From positions 558,001 through 622,000 of the forward strand of contig BROI01000019.1 of assembly GCA_027923505.1 (NCBI GenBank): a DNA stretch of 64,000 nucleotides, written 5' to 3'. The translations under genes were made by a program, and so were the position numbers. The notes under the pieces were generated by a model. The model worked only from the letters and a program-made list of their open reading frames with translations. It was not told the origin of the DNA and did no database searches. This DNA comes from Mayamaea pseudoterrestris. Its lineage: Eukaryota. Shown here piece after piece: positions 1-11,036 of the stretch; the stretch's first letter is position 1; each line of letters opens with the position of its first letter.

Positions 1-601
1 ACTCCAACTTTATTTCAACTCGATGCGGACCTGGTCCAAACCTTGCCATGAGTTGCTTCATTGAGTATTGCTGTATCGAGTCATGCGTAGTGTGCTTTTG
101 CTGCACCAGCTGCTTTATTTTGGCGTCCAACTGTTGCACTTGCTCTCGCTCGCCTTCCGTTCGTTCCAAGTTTCTGGCCTGCTGCTCGGCAAGCTGCAGC
201 TCTCGCGTCAATTTCAGATTCTCTTGCTCAAAGGTCGCTACTCGTTGTTGTAGCTTGCTCATGGCAGCATTCTCATGGTTCGTCTCATGTTTCATTCGAT
301 CCCTTGACTCGGGCGAGTGAATCAACACGTAACCCATCGCCGCGACGGCAATCAAGAGTAATCCAGCCACAACCTTGTAGAAGGTCGACGTTCCTTCACT
401 ATTGGGACTGTACGATCGATGGCGGGCACTCAAGCTGAAGCTCCGTTGCACGCCGGGTCGCTTGTGTCCGGAAACGTTGCTCAGTGGACTCGTCGCCGCG
501 TCGCCCGCTAGTGGCAGCAGCATGGACGAGTCGCTCGAGGCGGATCGAGCCATGCCAATGCCTCGCATGCCGCGGTGCTTGAGGTCGCTCATGTCCATCA
601 T
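1..601 (-). CDS. 5' part of a type II membrane/coiled-coil protein, probably leading into a cyclophilin-like domain (runs off the window)
   Basis: Not in the ORF track because it has no stop in the window. Manual translation from ATG 601: MMDMSDLKHRGMR... TM (VVAGLLLIAVAAMGYVLI), heptad-like coiled coil, then ARFGPGPHRVEIKLE, a motif I recall preceding cyclophilin-like domains in diatom proteins. Confidence 0.65.
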   Translation of the reverse strand, partial: MMDMSDLKHRGMRGIGMARSASSDSSMLLPLAGDAATSPLSNVSGHKRPGVQRSFSLSARHRSYSPNSEGTSTFYKVVAGLLLIAVAAMGYVLIHSPESRDRMKHETNHENAAMSKLQQRVATFEQENLKLTRELQLAEQQARNLERTEGEREQVQQLDAKIKQLVQQKHTTHDSIQQYSMKQLMARFGPGPHRVEIKLE

Positions 602-951
602 GGTGGTGAATGTCATATGCTGCTGGATAAAATGATTTTGGAAGATGTAAAGCAGTGTGTGTATGGCTTGTGTGCATGTATAATGCCTGTCAAAATAGTG
701 TGAAGCATGCAAGGAAAGAAGGTGGTCGGTCGCGATTTGCTTCGCAAAGAGGGCGCAGGTAGCCAAGAATGTCATGGTCATGCAGTCATTTGCGAAAGGT
801 CATCCATGCCTTTCCATGTGAGTATCGCTACGATGTGTGTGCGTCGGACGGACGACACCAGCAACCACCCAAGATCGGATCTGCTTTTGACCATGACGGC
901 AAGTCTTCCTTGAAACGGACAATCAGCTTGACCAAAGGTGCATTTGGAACC

Positions 952-2641
952 ATGCTGGTCCTTTTTGAAACTCCCGTGGGATACTCCTTGTTCAAGGTTA
1001 GTCGCCAATTCAAATGTCAAAGCATTACTCCTCGGCTAGTTTCATTTGTTCTTTCGATTACAGTAACTCATCAATTCGATGTTCTTTCACCTTTAGGTTT
1101 CAAACGAGAAGAAACTATTGAAAACTGATGCTGCCGACATTTATGACACATTCTTCAAAGACTCGGAGGCTGCGCAAAAGACGCTAGAAATGGTAAGCTT
1201 TCAGCCATTTCAGGACACTGCCGACGCCGTCTCGGCTGCCACTGCCATGATGGAAGGCTCCGTGAGCGCCAGCCTCAAGAGCTTTCTAAAGAAGAAACTA
1301 AAGAAGGCGAGTGCACCGGAAATGCTGGCCGTGGCGGAACCGACGCTTGGAGCATCCATCAAGGATACTGGACTGCCGAATCTATCCAAGATTGCTCACG
1401 ACGATCGCATCAAGGAAGTCTTTCGGGGAATTCGTTGCTACATGGATGAGTTGCTTGGCGACGAGGATGCGCCCCAGCATGTTTCGCCGGCTGACGTTCG
1501 CGCCATGCAGCTTGGTTTGTCGCATTCGCTGGGACGGTACAAGCTCAAGTTTAGTGCCGACAAGGTTGATACAATGGTCATTCAAGCTGTTGGTTTGCTC
1601 GACGAGCTCGACAAGGAAATTAATACATATGCCATGCGCGTCAAGGAATGGTATGGATGGCACTTTCCCGAGTTGCAGGCGCTGGCTGGGGACAATGTCA
1701 AATACAGCAAATTGGTGCTGTTGTGCGGCATGCGCGAAAAGTTCAAGGAGTCTGATTTGAGCAGCATTTTGGAGGATGAAGCACAAGAAGCGACAATCAA
1801 GGATGCAGCGGAAATTTCCATGGGTACCGAAATTGCCATGCTGGATCAAATCAACATTCAGGCATTGGCCGATCAAGTTTTAAGCATGACCGAATATAGA
1901 GCACAACTTTACGAGTACTTGCGGAACCGAATGAATGCGATTGCTCCAAACTTGACAATTCTCGTCGGCGAGCTAGTGGGAGCGCGACTGATTGCGCATG
2001 CTGGCTCTCTCATGAATCTGGCCAAGCAACCAGCGTCGACGGTGCAAATCCTTGGAGCGGAGAAGGCTCTCTTTCGCGCACTCAAGACCAAGCATGATAC
2101 GCCCAAGTATGGTCTCATCTACCATGCGTCACTCATTGGACAAGCGGCGCCCAAGAATAAGGGAAAGATCAGTCGTGTCCTTGCGGCCAAGGCTTCCTTG
2201 GCCATTCGAGTGGATGCACTCAGTGACGAGACGCAAGACGAGCTTGACACAACGATCGGTTTCGAGGGCCGCGCCAAGGTGGAAGCACGACTGCGACAGC
2301 TTGAGACTGGCGTCGTTACCAATGGTGGGCTAACGGCACAAAAGACAGCCAGATACGACCCCGTCGCCGCCAAGCAAGCCGCTGCGGCGCCAGCTTACAA
2401 CTCTGCGAGTGATATGGTACTAGACAGCAAGCCTGCCGCAGAGAATAGCGATAGCGAATCAGAGAGTGCCAAGAAGAAGAAAAAGAAGGATAAGAAGAAA
2501 AACAGGGAATCGGTTGAAACTGCCGATTCCAGCAAGTCAAAGAAGGATAAGAAGAAGCGCAAGGCAGCTGACAGCGACGATGAGTCCGATGGAGAAGCAA
2601 AGAAAAAGGCAAAGAAGGAGAAAAAGAAGTCTATAGGTTAA
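952..2641 (+). CDS. NOP58: Nucleolar protein 58 (box C/D snoRNP); join(952..996,1097..2641)
   Basis: Exon 1 MLVLFETPVGYSLFK, phase-0 GT..AG intron 997-1096; Nop-domain motifs LGLSHSLGRYKLKF, DKEINTYAMRVKEWYGWHFPEL, STVQILGAEKALFRALKTKHDTPKYG; KKE/D-rich tail. Confidence 0.95.
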
Positions 2642-2869
2642 GCATTAGTACTTTAATACATTTGGCTGATCTGGAGTTATATATTAGAGACTAGTCGGAT
2701 AGCTATCGTTCCACCTGCAAATTCTGATGACTTGCCCTTGGCAGTATAGCGCATCACAGGTCGCTGCAGCCTACAGCCAAACCTACCGGCAGGACGTTAC
2801 GCTAAACCACATACTAAGAGAATAAACATAATGTTGTTGTATATTGCTTAAATGTGAATTTCTATATTA

Positions 2870-3457
2870 TTATGCGCTAGCTTCTATCTGCAATGCAGCG
2901 CTCAGTTGCTCGTTCAATGGCCGAGAGTCGTCGACAAAAAAGCAAGTATGAAGATGCGGCAGCTTGCAGTTGCAGCTTGTGACGTGACGATCCTTCATGC
3001 GGTCAAGGCGGTTTTGCTCGTCGCTAACGTTCTTTTCAGTTGATAGTTCATACCGACAGTCGGGGCAGCTACTGTTACGCGCCAACCAGGTGGAGCAGCA
3101 GGAAAAATGAAACAAGTGGCCGCACGGAAGGCGCGTGAGTGTCAAGCCGTCAATGAGGCGATCGCAGCAAATGCTGCATTCCGAATTATCACGTTGATAA
3201 GCTTGCCGATCACATGGAAGAATGCGCGTCCAAGGCAATTTCCTGACGGCAGACTGCGCGAGTGGTGGAACTGGCTTAGCATCGTGGCGTTGGCGGACAT
3301 TCGTTTCGGTTGATGGCAATGCCGTGGCAGTTTCGTGCTGGGTGGAAAGCAAGCTTGCAAGTGGAAGACTTGTGGGTCGGTCGTCGTTGCTCGGGGGAGA
3401 GTCTGAACGCCGGCATGCGGATTGGTGAGCAAGGATGGCAGAGGTTGCGAGGCACAT
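2870..3457 (-). CDS. RING-H2 zinc finger protein (putative E3 ubiquitin ligase)
   Basis: CSICCDRLIDGLTLTRLPCGHLFHFSCCSTWLARNSSCPDCR matches C3H2C3; first in-frame ATG at 3457. Confidence 0.85.
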   Translation of the reverse strand: MCLATSAILAHQSACRRSDSPPSNDDRPTSLPLASLLSTQHETATALPSTETNVRQRHDAKPVPPLAQSAVRKLPWTRILPCDRQAYQRDNSECSICCDRLIDGLTLTRLPCGHLFHFSCCSTWLARNSSCPDCRYELSTEKNVSDEQNRLDRMKDRHVTSCNCKLPHLHTCFFVDDSRPLNEQLSAALQIEASA

Positions 3458-4057
3458 GATGACCAATGACTGCGAATTGAATGATTAGATGCGGCGTTCC
3501 GATAATTTGTGTCATGATGAATGAAGTTGCTGATGCACTTGCCAGTGCATGGTCAGTGCTCGATCATGAAACTCAGCCACGACGCGCCGGATGGAATTTG
3601 TCCCAATTGCTCCCTTTCACACTTCTAGCTGACGTGTCACTTGCGGGCAATGCTTGCACGACAATGCTCGTGTCGTTCCTGTCGATTCAGCCATAGCTGT
3701 GATGCACAATGATGACCAATTGTCAACGAGGCAATTCGATTCACCGCCATGTCAGGTTTTGCCATTGGCCAAGGTTCGTTTTCGTTTTACGCCAGCGTCG
3801 AGATGCCGTCTCATTTTGTGCCTGTTAGGCAGGCTCGCCCGGCTTGAGAGAGACGCGCGCGCGTGTAGACTGTCGAACCGCGACTGAAGGAAGCTAAAGT
3901 AGCTCGTCGATGCAGCGCGACGCATCGCGGAGATCCATTTCACGTGACAGCCCATCGCCAACGTGCATCCTCCATACGATCACCCCGACTCGAGCAGTGT
4001 CTCCTCTCTCTCTTATTTCTTCTTAATAATACATTCAAAATCTTTATCAAAAACGCC

Positions 4058-6615
4058 ATGCGCTTGAATCCTCGCAAGTCCAAGCAGAAGAACCAAGCGG
4101 CCAAGCAGCAGGTTGCAGTGCAGGTGAGTTTTTAGGCGCGTGCGCGGATTCCGCATTCCAGCAGCGCTTCGTTTTCCAACGGCGGAATTTGCGAAAATTT
4201 CGTCCATGACGGAAAATGTTGGCTCTTGCGAGCTAGATGATTGTCGTTGCCGCGATTCGCGTCAAGCGTTATGCGACTGCTTGCCTGTGCAGTTTGATTA
4301 TTTGTGCGTGAGCATGTGCCGAGCGTGCACTCTTAGAAAGCATTGCCAGAAGCCTTTTTTCCCATGCGACTCTTTGGCAAGGCTCGCCGAGTTACCATCC
4401 TTGAGTCATGCTCTATTACTCCCATATTTGAAGAAACAAACCAAGACGTCTATCATGAAGAAGTAGGCGAGCATCATTCTCCGGCCAAGTCCATGACTTG
4501 GGATTACTACTGTCACCCAATCTCGCCCGACAGCGTTTCGTCACCACTCTTGACGCCTACCACCGCTTGCTACGACTGTTCCTATCGATTACCGCCCGCC
4601 GCATTATCAACTAAATGCTTGGCTGACGAGGAGAATGACTTGGGCTCGACGGATCTTGTCCGCAGCCTGCTAAACATGGGGCCTTGCGCGTGCATGTGCA
4701 GCGTTCTCGACTTGAACAAGGGCGGTCTTGACGAAATGCATACCGTCCATGACAATGGCATGCTTCCCGCTGTCTTGGACTGGTTTCAGCACCAATGCAG
4801 TTCAAAAGCTGTATCGCTGCATCAAGTTGCTTCGCAAATACTTGTCAATGACGATGAGCTTCATTGCGAGCGGCCATGTCAAATGGAGTTGCGAGTGGAA
4901 GTGGAATCAAGACCTACCGTCATTATATGGGAGCCAAGAACAAGCATGGAATATATGGAGACCATTGACTTATTGGTGTGTCTGGGTTGATCACTCTCGT
5001 TACATCGTACAATTGGATCGTTTCGCGCAATCGTTACTTGCATGTCTAAACATTTCGTTCGTACATTTAAATTTCTCACTTGTGCACTATCTGTTTTACA
5101 ATCTTTAATCAGACGGACGATGCGGCCCCGAAGGACCTTTCTGCTGCCGACAAGGGACGACGCCCCGCCCGAGGCCCTCCAGGAGCAGTGCTGTCACTTT
5201 CTGCCACGCCTCCAGCTGCCAAGGGATTAGGTTTGAGTGCTTCGCCCACGGAGCGGACAAAGACGACGACTTCGAATAAGCCAATTGCTGCAGATGTTGA
5301 AACGGTGCAAGTTCAGACTCCTGGTGCCGACCGCAGCGCATTGAAGGACTTGTCGGCCTTGCGCGATGCTCCTCCAGCCAAGCGCGAAGAATTGTTCATC
5401 GCCAAGCTCAAGCTGTGCAGCGTCATTTTCTCGTTCGACGATCCAACCATGGATAAGCGCGGCAAGGACATGAAGCGTCAGACATTGCTGGAACTTGTCG
5501 ATTATGTGAATACTCCTGCCGGCCAGAAGATTTTTACTGAAAACATTATGGGTGATCTCATGGCAATGGTGTCGGCGAATGTATGCCGCGCGCTTCCACC
5601 TGCGACGGACGACTTTGATCCGGAGGAGGATGAGCCGGTATTGGAACCGGCGTGGCCTCATTTACAAGTCGCTTACGAGTTCTTTCTTCGCTTCATTGTC
5701 TCATCGGAAGTGAATGCCAAGGCTGCCAAGAAGTATGTCGATCAAAAGTTCTGTCTCCAGTTGGTGGAGCTCTTTGACAGCGAAGATCCTCGTGAGCGTG
5801 ACTACCTCAAGACGATTCTCCATCGCATCTACGGAAAGTTTATGTCGCATCGTTCCTTTATCCGCCGGGCCATTTCGAACGTCTTTTATCGGTTTGTCTA
5901 CGAGACGGAGCGCCACAATGGCATTGGAGAGCTCTTGGAGATTCTTGGCAGCATTATTAATGGCTTTGCCATTCCGCTCAAGAAGGAGCATTTGCAGTTT
6001 TTGGTCCGAGCCCTTATTCCGTTGCACAAGCCCAAGTGTGTCGCCCTTTACCACCAGCAGCTTTCGTACTGCATCATCCAGTACGTTGAGAAGGATGCCG
6101 ATACGGCGACGCCCATCTTGAATGGCTTTTTCAAGTGCTGGCCTTGGAGTTGCAGCGGCAAGCAAGTCATGTTTTTGAACGAGCTGGAGGAGATTCTTGA
6201 ATTGCTGGGAGCAGACCAGTTGGCCGAAGTGAGCAACATGCTCTTTACGAACCTTGCTCGTTGCCTCGACTCGGATCATTTCCAAGTCGTTGAGCGCGCG
6301 CTGTTCTTGTGGAACAACGAGCACTTGGTCAATTCTGGTTGCCTCAGTCGCTTGAACGCGCAGGTTGTCCTTCCCATTATCTACGGCCCGCTGTACAAGA
6401 ACTCGTCGGGACACTGGAACGCAACTGTGGAAGGCTTGGCGCAAAACGTTTTGAAGATGTACATGGAGTACGACTTGGCTTTGTACGACAAGTGCACGGC
6501 TGCGTACTTTCGCGACGAAGAGGAAGCCAAGAAGAAGATGGAAGCGCTGAATGACAAGTGGAACGAGATTGAACGCATGGCGTTGGCCAATGCTCCGGCT
6601 CTCATGGCCAAGTAG
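4058..6615 (+). CDS. Protein phosphatase 2A regulatory subunit B' (B56); proposed join(4058..4123,5113..6615)
   Basis: B56 motifs FDPEEDEPVLEPAWPHLQ, FDSEDPRERDYLKTILHRIYGKF, HFQVVERALFLWNN. The large exon starts after TTTAATCAG (5112), with no in-frame ATG until well inside the conserved region; an upstream ATG exon (MRLNPRKSKQKNQAAKQQVAVQ|GTGAGT) splices in phase 0. Confidence 0.88.
4364..4990 (+). CDS. Hypothetical 208-aa protein lying inside the proposed PP2A B56 intron 1
   Basis: Open frame from ATG 4364 (MRLFGKARRVTILESCSITPIFEE...) to TGA; protein-like composition, no recognised domain. Confidence 0.45.
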   Translation: MRLFGKARRVTILESCSITPIFEETNQDVYHEEVGEHHSPAKSMTWDYYCHPISPDSVSSPLLTPTTACYDCSYRLPPAALSTKCLADEENDLGSTDLVRSLLNMGPCACMCSVLDLNKGGLDEMHTVHDNGMLPAVLDWFQHQCSSKAVSLHQVASQILVNDDELHCERPCQMELRVEVESRPTVIIWEPRTSMEYMETIDLLVCLG

Positions 6616-7080
6616 GGACGGCACTGTACAGGTCGTCTTGACGTTTTCGATATACATATAACTAAATTACCAATTAAGGAACGATTTCGATAAATTAGCT
6701 TCTTAGCTACTTGCTTTCCAAACAAAGTTCGTCAAACATCGCAAGGACTAGCAAGAACATGAAAGGCCCAACCGGTATTCATGCGGTCATTGTGATTGCG
6801 TGTGATACTGAAAGCCACGATTGATGACCGGTGACGCACGCCAACCAGCGAATCCGTTTCCATTCAGCGACTCGTTTCGCACGCGCCGTGCGAGGATCAA
6901 GGTTTACGACCCGTCTTGACATTATCTTGCGCGTACAAGACGCGGGCACTCTTGACTTTTTCTTGTGAAAGGATTTAAAGGCTTGTCAAAGGCAAAGGAG
7001 CTCGTCCATCTCGTTGCTCTGGCTGCATTTGCCACAACTTTCGCTCCGAGCCAATTTCCTTGCATAGATTACATCACAAC

Positions 7081-7644
7081 ATGATTTGGAAGCCAACCAT
7101 TGCCACCTTTCTTCTCGCCTCGACATGCGGCGGGGACTCGACACATGCATCTGAGCTGTCGTCCTTGATTCCTCGCTTTCTTCAAGAGCTGTGGCCGATC
7201 CGATTTGCAGCCCACAAGCCACCGACGTTGATACCGGAGAAGAAGGACATTTCGTTTCAAGCCAACGATGCCACCTCCTTGACGATGGAAACGTTTGATT
7301 TCTTTGTCGCAAACCATCGAGCCGTCTTTATCAATTACTGCAGTAGCAAGACTGGTATCTGTCATCATGTTGCGCCAGAGTGGGAGCAGTTTAGCGACAT
7401 TGCGCCGCACATCTTTTCTCACGTTGGAGTCGCCAAGGTGGACTGCGCGCAGGAACCAATTCTGTGCAAGTCCAAGCACGTGAAGAACTATCCAACCTTG
7501 CGATGGTACGACGAGCGCCAAGTCCAAAACTACCATGGCGTTCTCAGTGCCAAGCACTTTGTGCAGATTGTTGCCCGCAACATGAATCAAACGGCCAGCT
7601 TTTCGAATGACGAGGATGGATTGCCAATGGTTTCGGTTGCCTAG
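7081..7644 (+). CDS. Secreted/ER thioredoxin-fold (PDI-like) protein with a non-canonical active site
   Basis: Signal-peptide-like N-terminus; LTMETFDFFV..VFINYC..TGICHHVAPEWEQF..VAKVDCAQEPILC..VKNYPTLRWY is a PDI a-type fold with TGIC in place of CGHC. Confidence 0.75.
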   Translation: MIWKPTIATFLLASTCGGDSTHASELSSLIPRFLQELWPIRFAAHKPPTLIPEKKDISFQANDATSLTMETFDFFVANHRAVFINYCSSKTGICHHVAPEWEQFSDIAPHIFSHVGVAKVDCAQEPILCKSKHVKNYPTLRWYDERQVQNYHGVLSAKHFVQIVARNMNQTASFSNDEDGLPMVSVA

Positions 7645-7862
7645 GTTGTTGCATTCACATTCCATCCCAATCCAAGGCGGTTGATGCCCGTGCAAGGAAA
7701 ACTAAATGGATGCACATTCTTTCTTGCAGGGCTCAATAAGCCTCTACATTACTACCTTCTTGCGCGTCCTATAAACACGTTAATGAATTTATAAACTAAA
7801 TAACGTTATGAACCAAACTCAAGCGCGCATATTGTACTTATGTGACTCAATCGCCCTCGTGG

Positions 7863-9197
7863 CTACCTGCGCAGCTCTTGGAGGGCAACCTCCAGCTCTT
7901 CCTTCCTTGCACTTTCTTTCATTCCACGATAGTCTCGAGCATGCCCATGGCCAGGTGCAATCATGGTCCATCCTGGTATTGCAACTAGCTTGCGCAGCGT
8001 TGCAGCCTGACGTTGCAAATCATTGCCGTAACGCGGAAAACCAGTCATGTGACCATTGTTGCGCGTCGTCCATGCGTACGAGTCGCCCGTGAACAAGATT
8101 CCGTGGTGGCGGTCCCAGAGTGTCATGCTGCCCGGCGAATGTCCAGGTGTGTGTAAAATGACGCAAGACTTGTTGTCGTTCCTGCTGTTGGTCGAAAGCC
8201 AGTCGTCTTGTAAAACCGTTCCATTTAACGAATAGGCAGTCAATCCATCGTTAAGATCATCAGCATCATTTGCGGGCTGCAGTAAGACTTCGACATGTTC
8301 CAACGATTCGTCGCCAAAATTGTGTCGACCCAAGTCACTCGCATGAAAGATTCGCTTCAAGTTTCCCTGGTAGTGCGCTGCCCACTTGCCATGATCAGCG
8401 GTATCATCAATGTGCGTCAAAAAGAGATAATTTGGACCATCCGGTCCAGTGATTTGCTCAACAGCCGCCACGCTCCGTTTCGAATACTTTGGAGTGTCGA
8501 TCATGACAAAGACTGGCTTTTGACTGTCTTGCACGTACGTTTTCACAAGGTATGGGACTGCTCCAAACGATGCCTCATTGTGATGACCAAGCCAGTAGAC
8601 GGAAAGAGAACTGTCATTTAGAAATCGGCGCGGAAAGGGCTTGTCATTGGACCGACTCAGTTGATGCACCAATGTTTGATCCGCCATTGTCCACGCTTGC
8701 TCCACAATAGTCTTGTTGGAAGCGCCATGTCGACGCTCCGCCAGCGTTTCGACGCGAATGGCAGCCACGGGACAGGCCATCATGGCGGCGCGAGCCGCAT
8801 CGATATCGTCGAGTGCCTTTGGTTGACTGTATACAAAATGAGCGTTGGAATTCTCCAATCGACGAAAGGATTCGGGAGCAAAGAGACTGCATGCAGCGCA
8901 GTTGATGCACTACTTGAAGAGGAAGGACAGATAAAAATATTAAAGAAGAAAAGCATTGTAATGACGCATTGATAGAGAAAGGAAGCTGCGCAATAGAAGA
9001 AAATGGAGGAAGAAGCATACCTTGTCGTTGACGTACAAGACTCCTTCCACATTCTCCTCCAGACGTCGGGGTTTAGCGTGCAAAATGATCAAACTACTTG
9101 ACTTTTGATCCAGTACAAAGGTTTGAACTGGACGAAACAGAATTGCAGCAACGATGAGGAAGGAAGCAGTCGTCGTCATGGTGATGGTCGTGCTCAT
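7863..9197 (-). CDS. Ferredoxin-like Fe-S domain fused to a metallo-beta-lactamase-fold hydrolase, probably plastid-targeted; join(9197..9021,8909..7863)
   Basis: Splicing intron 8910-9020 gives LYVNDKCINCAACSLFAP...ACPVAAI; MBL motifs THIDDTADH, HTPGHSPGS, FTGDS, PGHG; signal peptide followed by VQT-FVL (ASAFAP-like). Confidence 0.85.
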
Positions 9198-9276
9198 TTT
9201 CGATTGCCGCGTCACATATCAGCGCGTGATGTCGAAGTCTCAATGCGACTGGTCAGACAGGCTTTTCAGACACGCT

Positions 9277-10508
9277 GCAGGTCGATCCCAGCCGATCCAT
9301 GTAGCAGCCCATGTCAAATGGTGGCGTTCTCATCCTCTCTTGCGCTTGCTCGTAAGTGCAGTTGTCTGGTTGGCGACGGAATTTTTGCATGTTCGTTCGA
9401 TCCCGTCGCTAATTATCTTCAAAAGCAAATCCAGATAGTCGTCTGAACACACATATTTCCTTGGCTGTATCTTTCGCTTCCGATATAGGTCGAAGTAATA
9501 ATACTGGTGGCAAAATTATGGTAATCAACCTCGTGGCAGTAGTGCTGTTGGCGCTGGCTTGCAAGATCAGGTTGGGCGAACAAATCCGGCAGTAGGCGCC
9601 GCAAGTTGGTCTAAGTTAACCAGGCCAAGTCGGCGTCCCAGGTCGGAGTGGCTCGTGCAAGACCTGGAACAGTGGGCACTCCATCAGCGGCTCGACAAGT
9701 GACTAACAGCTTCAGCCAAGTGCATAGATTGGTCAAAACATGCTCAAGTTCCGCATCAACAATAGCCGGCGCCAAACGGTCCAAGAATTCGCGCCGCGTC
9801 AAACTCTGCCCCATTACCAGCGGTGCGAACCGCACGGGCAAGGCCTGGACGATACGTGCACGAACTTGGACATTGGTCGCAACCCCTTCGTCAGTCGGCT
9901 GCAATGACGGCATGTACTTGGTGCCAAGAGGCAAAGCTTGCAGTCTTTCAATTGTTTGCGCCAATGACGCTGGCACATGGATAAAGTGCCCGTTCAGGTT
10001 GAAATCCGCCCCGTCAATTCGACCAAGCCTGCCGTGCCTTGGAAGATCTCCGAACCAAAACCGAAAACTCGATTATCCCAACGGGTGGTACGGCCTGCAA
10101 TGGCAAGGTACCGCTGGGTTCCGACAATTACTTGAATGCAACCGTGTGGGTGCATTAGCTGGTCGGCGTTGACCAGAGCAGCGACAAGGACGGGAGCGGT
10201 ATCCAAGGGCGTGTCGACCAGTCCTTTCAAGCAGTCAGCTGCAGTTAGAGCAGTGCGAGTGAGACCGTTCAAACCATTGAATTCAGCGTTCATAGGATCA
10301 TTACTTGCTTGACTGTAACGGGCAAGAAAGGTGACCGTAGGAAGAATGGCGGCGGCTGCGGCAGCAGCGTCTGCTCCATTGGCGGTGGCCATGGTGGAAT
10401 GCACTTAAATCTATCCTCTTTTCTTGTCAATAGCAGCAGTTGGGGCGGCCGGGGAAGGGTCCGTGTTCAGTGTGTGAGCAGAAGGAATGCGCTCCACGGT
10501 ACGAATAC
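9277..10508 (-). mobile_element. Degenerate insertion carrying a broken ORF (possible retroelement ORF1 remnant) between 16-bp direct repeats
   Basis: GCTTTTCAGACACGCT occurs at 9261-9276 and 10509-10524. ORFs 9994..10404 and 9611..9976 join by a 1-nt shift in a G run near 10010, with an in-frame stop at 9611 and apparent continuation (TNLRRLLPDLF). Confidence 0.5.
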
Positions 10509-11036
10509 GCTTTTCAGACACGCTAAAGATATTTTTCAAACACGTATTCGTTTGACTCGAGTACACGAGTACGCGTAAGCAACATGCACGAAATAAATGT
10601 CATCGACGCCAGTGGCGACTGCAACTATGGATAATGTCCGCGACAAACCGAAGCCTGAGCCAGCGACACGCAACGTGTCAAAGGTTTCGTCGATTGAAAA
10701 AGGTCCTATTGGTTTACTCTGGTTCCAATACCTTTTGGCACTTCAAACACACATGTCTGAGCGGAGAGGCATCCGATTTTAAACCAATCATAAGCTGTCG
10801 ACATTGAACTTCTCAGGGGCATATACTCATCGGGGGCAGCCCAATTGTCCGTTCAGATTTTACTTAGATGATCAATCGTGCAAAGATCTCGGACAAAATG
10901 CGATGACCCAAATGCCTGCCGATCTCGTGGCGAGGTCCACCAAATTTCGTCCATGCAGCCTCATTCATTCGACTCCACACGCATACTGACAGCGGCAAGC
11001 CTTGGCATTCATTCTACTATTAACTGTATCAGACAA

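Noticed and set aside
997..1096. Intronic box C/D snoRNA in NOP58
   Set aside because: No RTGATGA C box or terminal CTGA D box in the intron.
5701..6657. Long antisense ORFs over PP2A, NOP58, the lectin stalk and other genes
   Set aside because: Shadow frames of codon-biased real genes; no domain features.
6870..6945. Two small hairpins (TCGCACG..CGTGCGA; CGTCTTG..CAAGACG) upstream of the thioredoxin-like gene
   Set aside because: 7-bp stems are expected by chance in 64 kb; no second copy seen.
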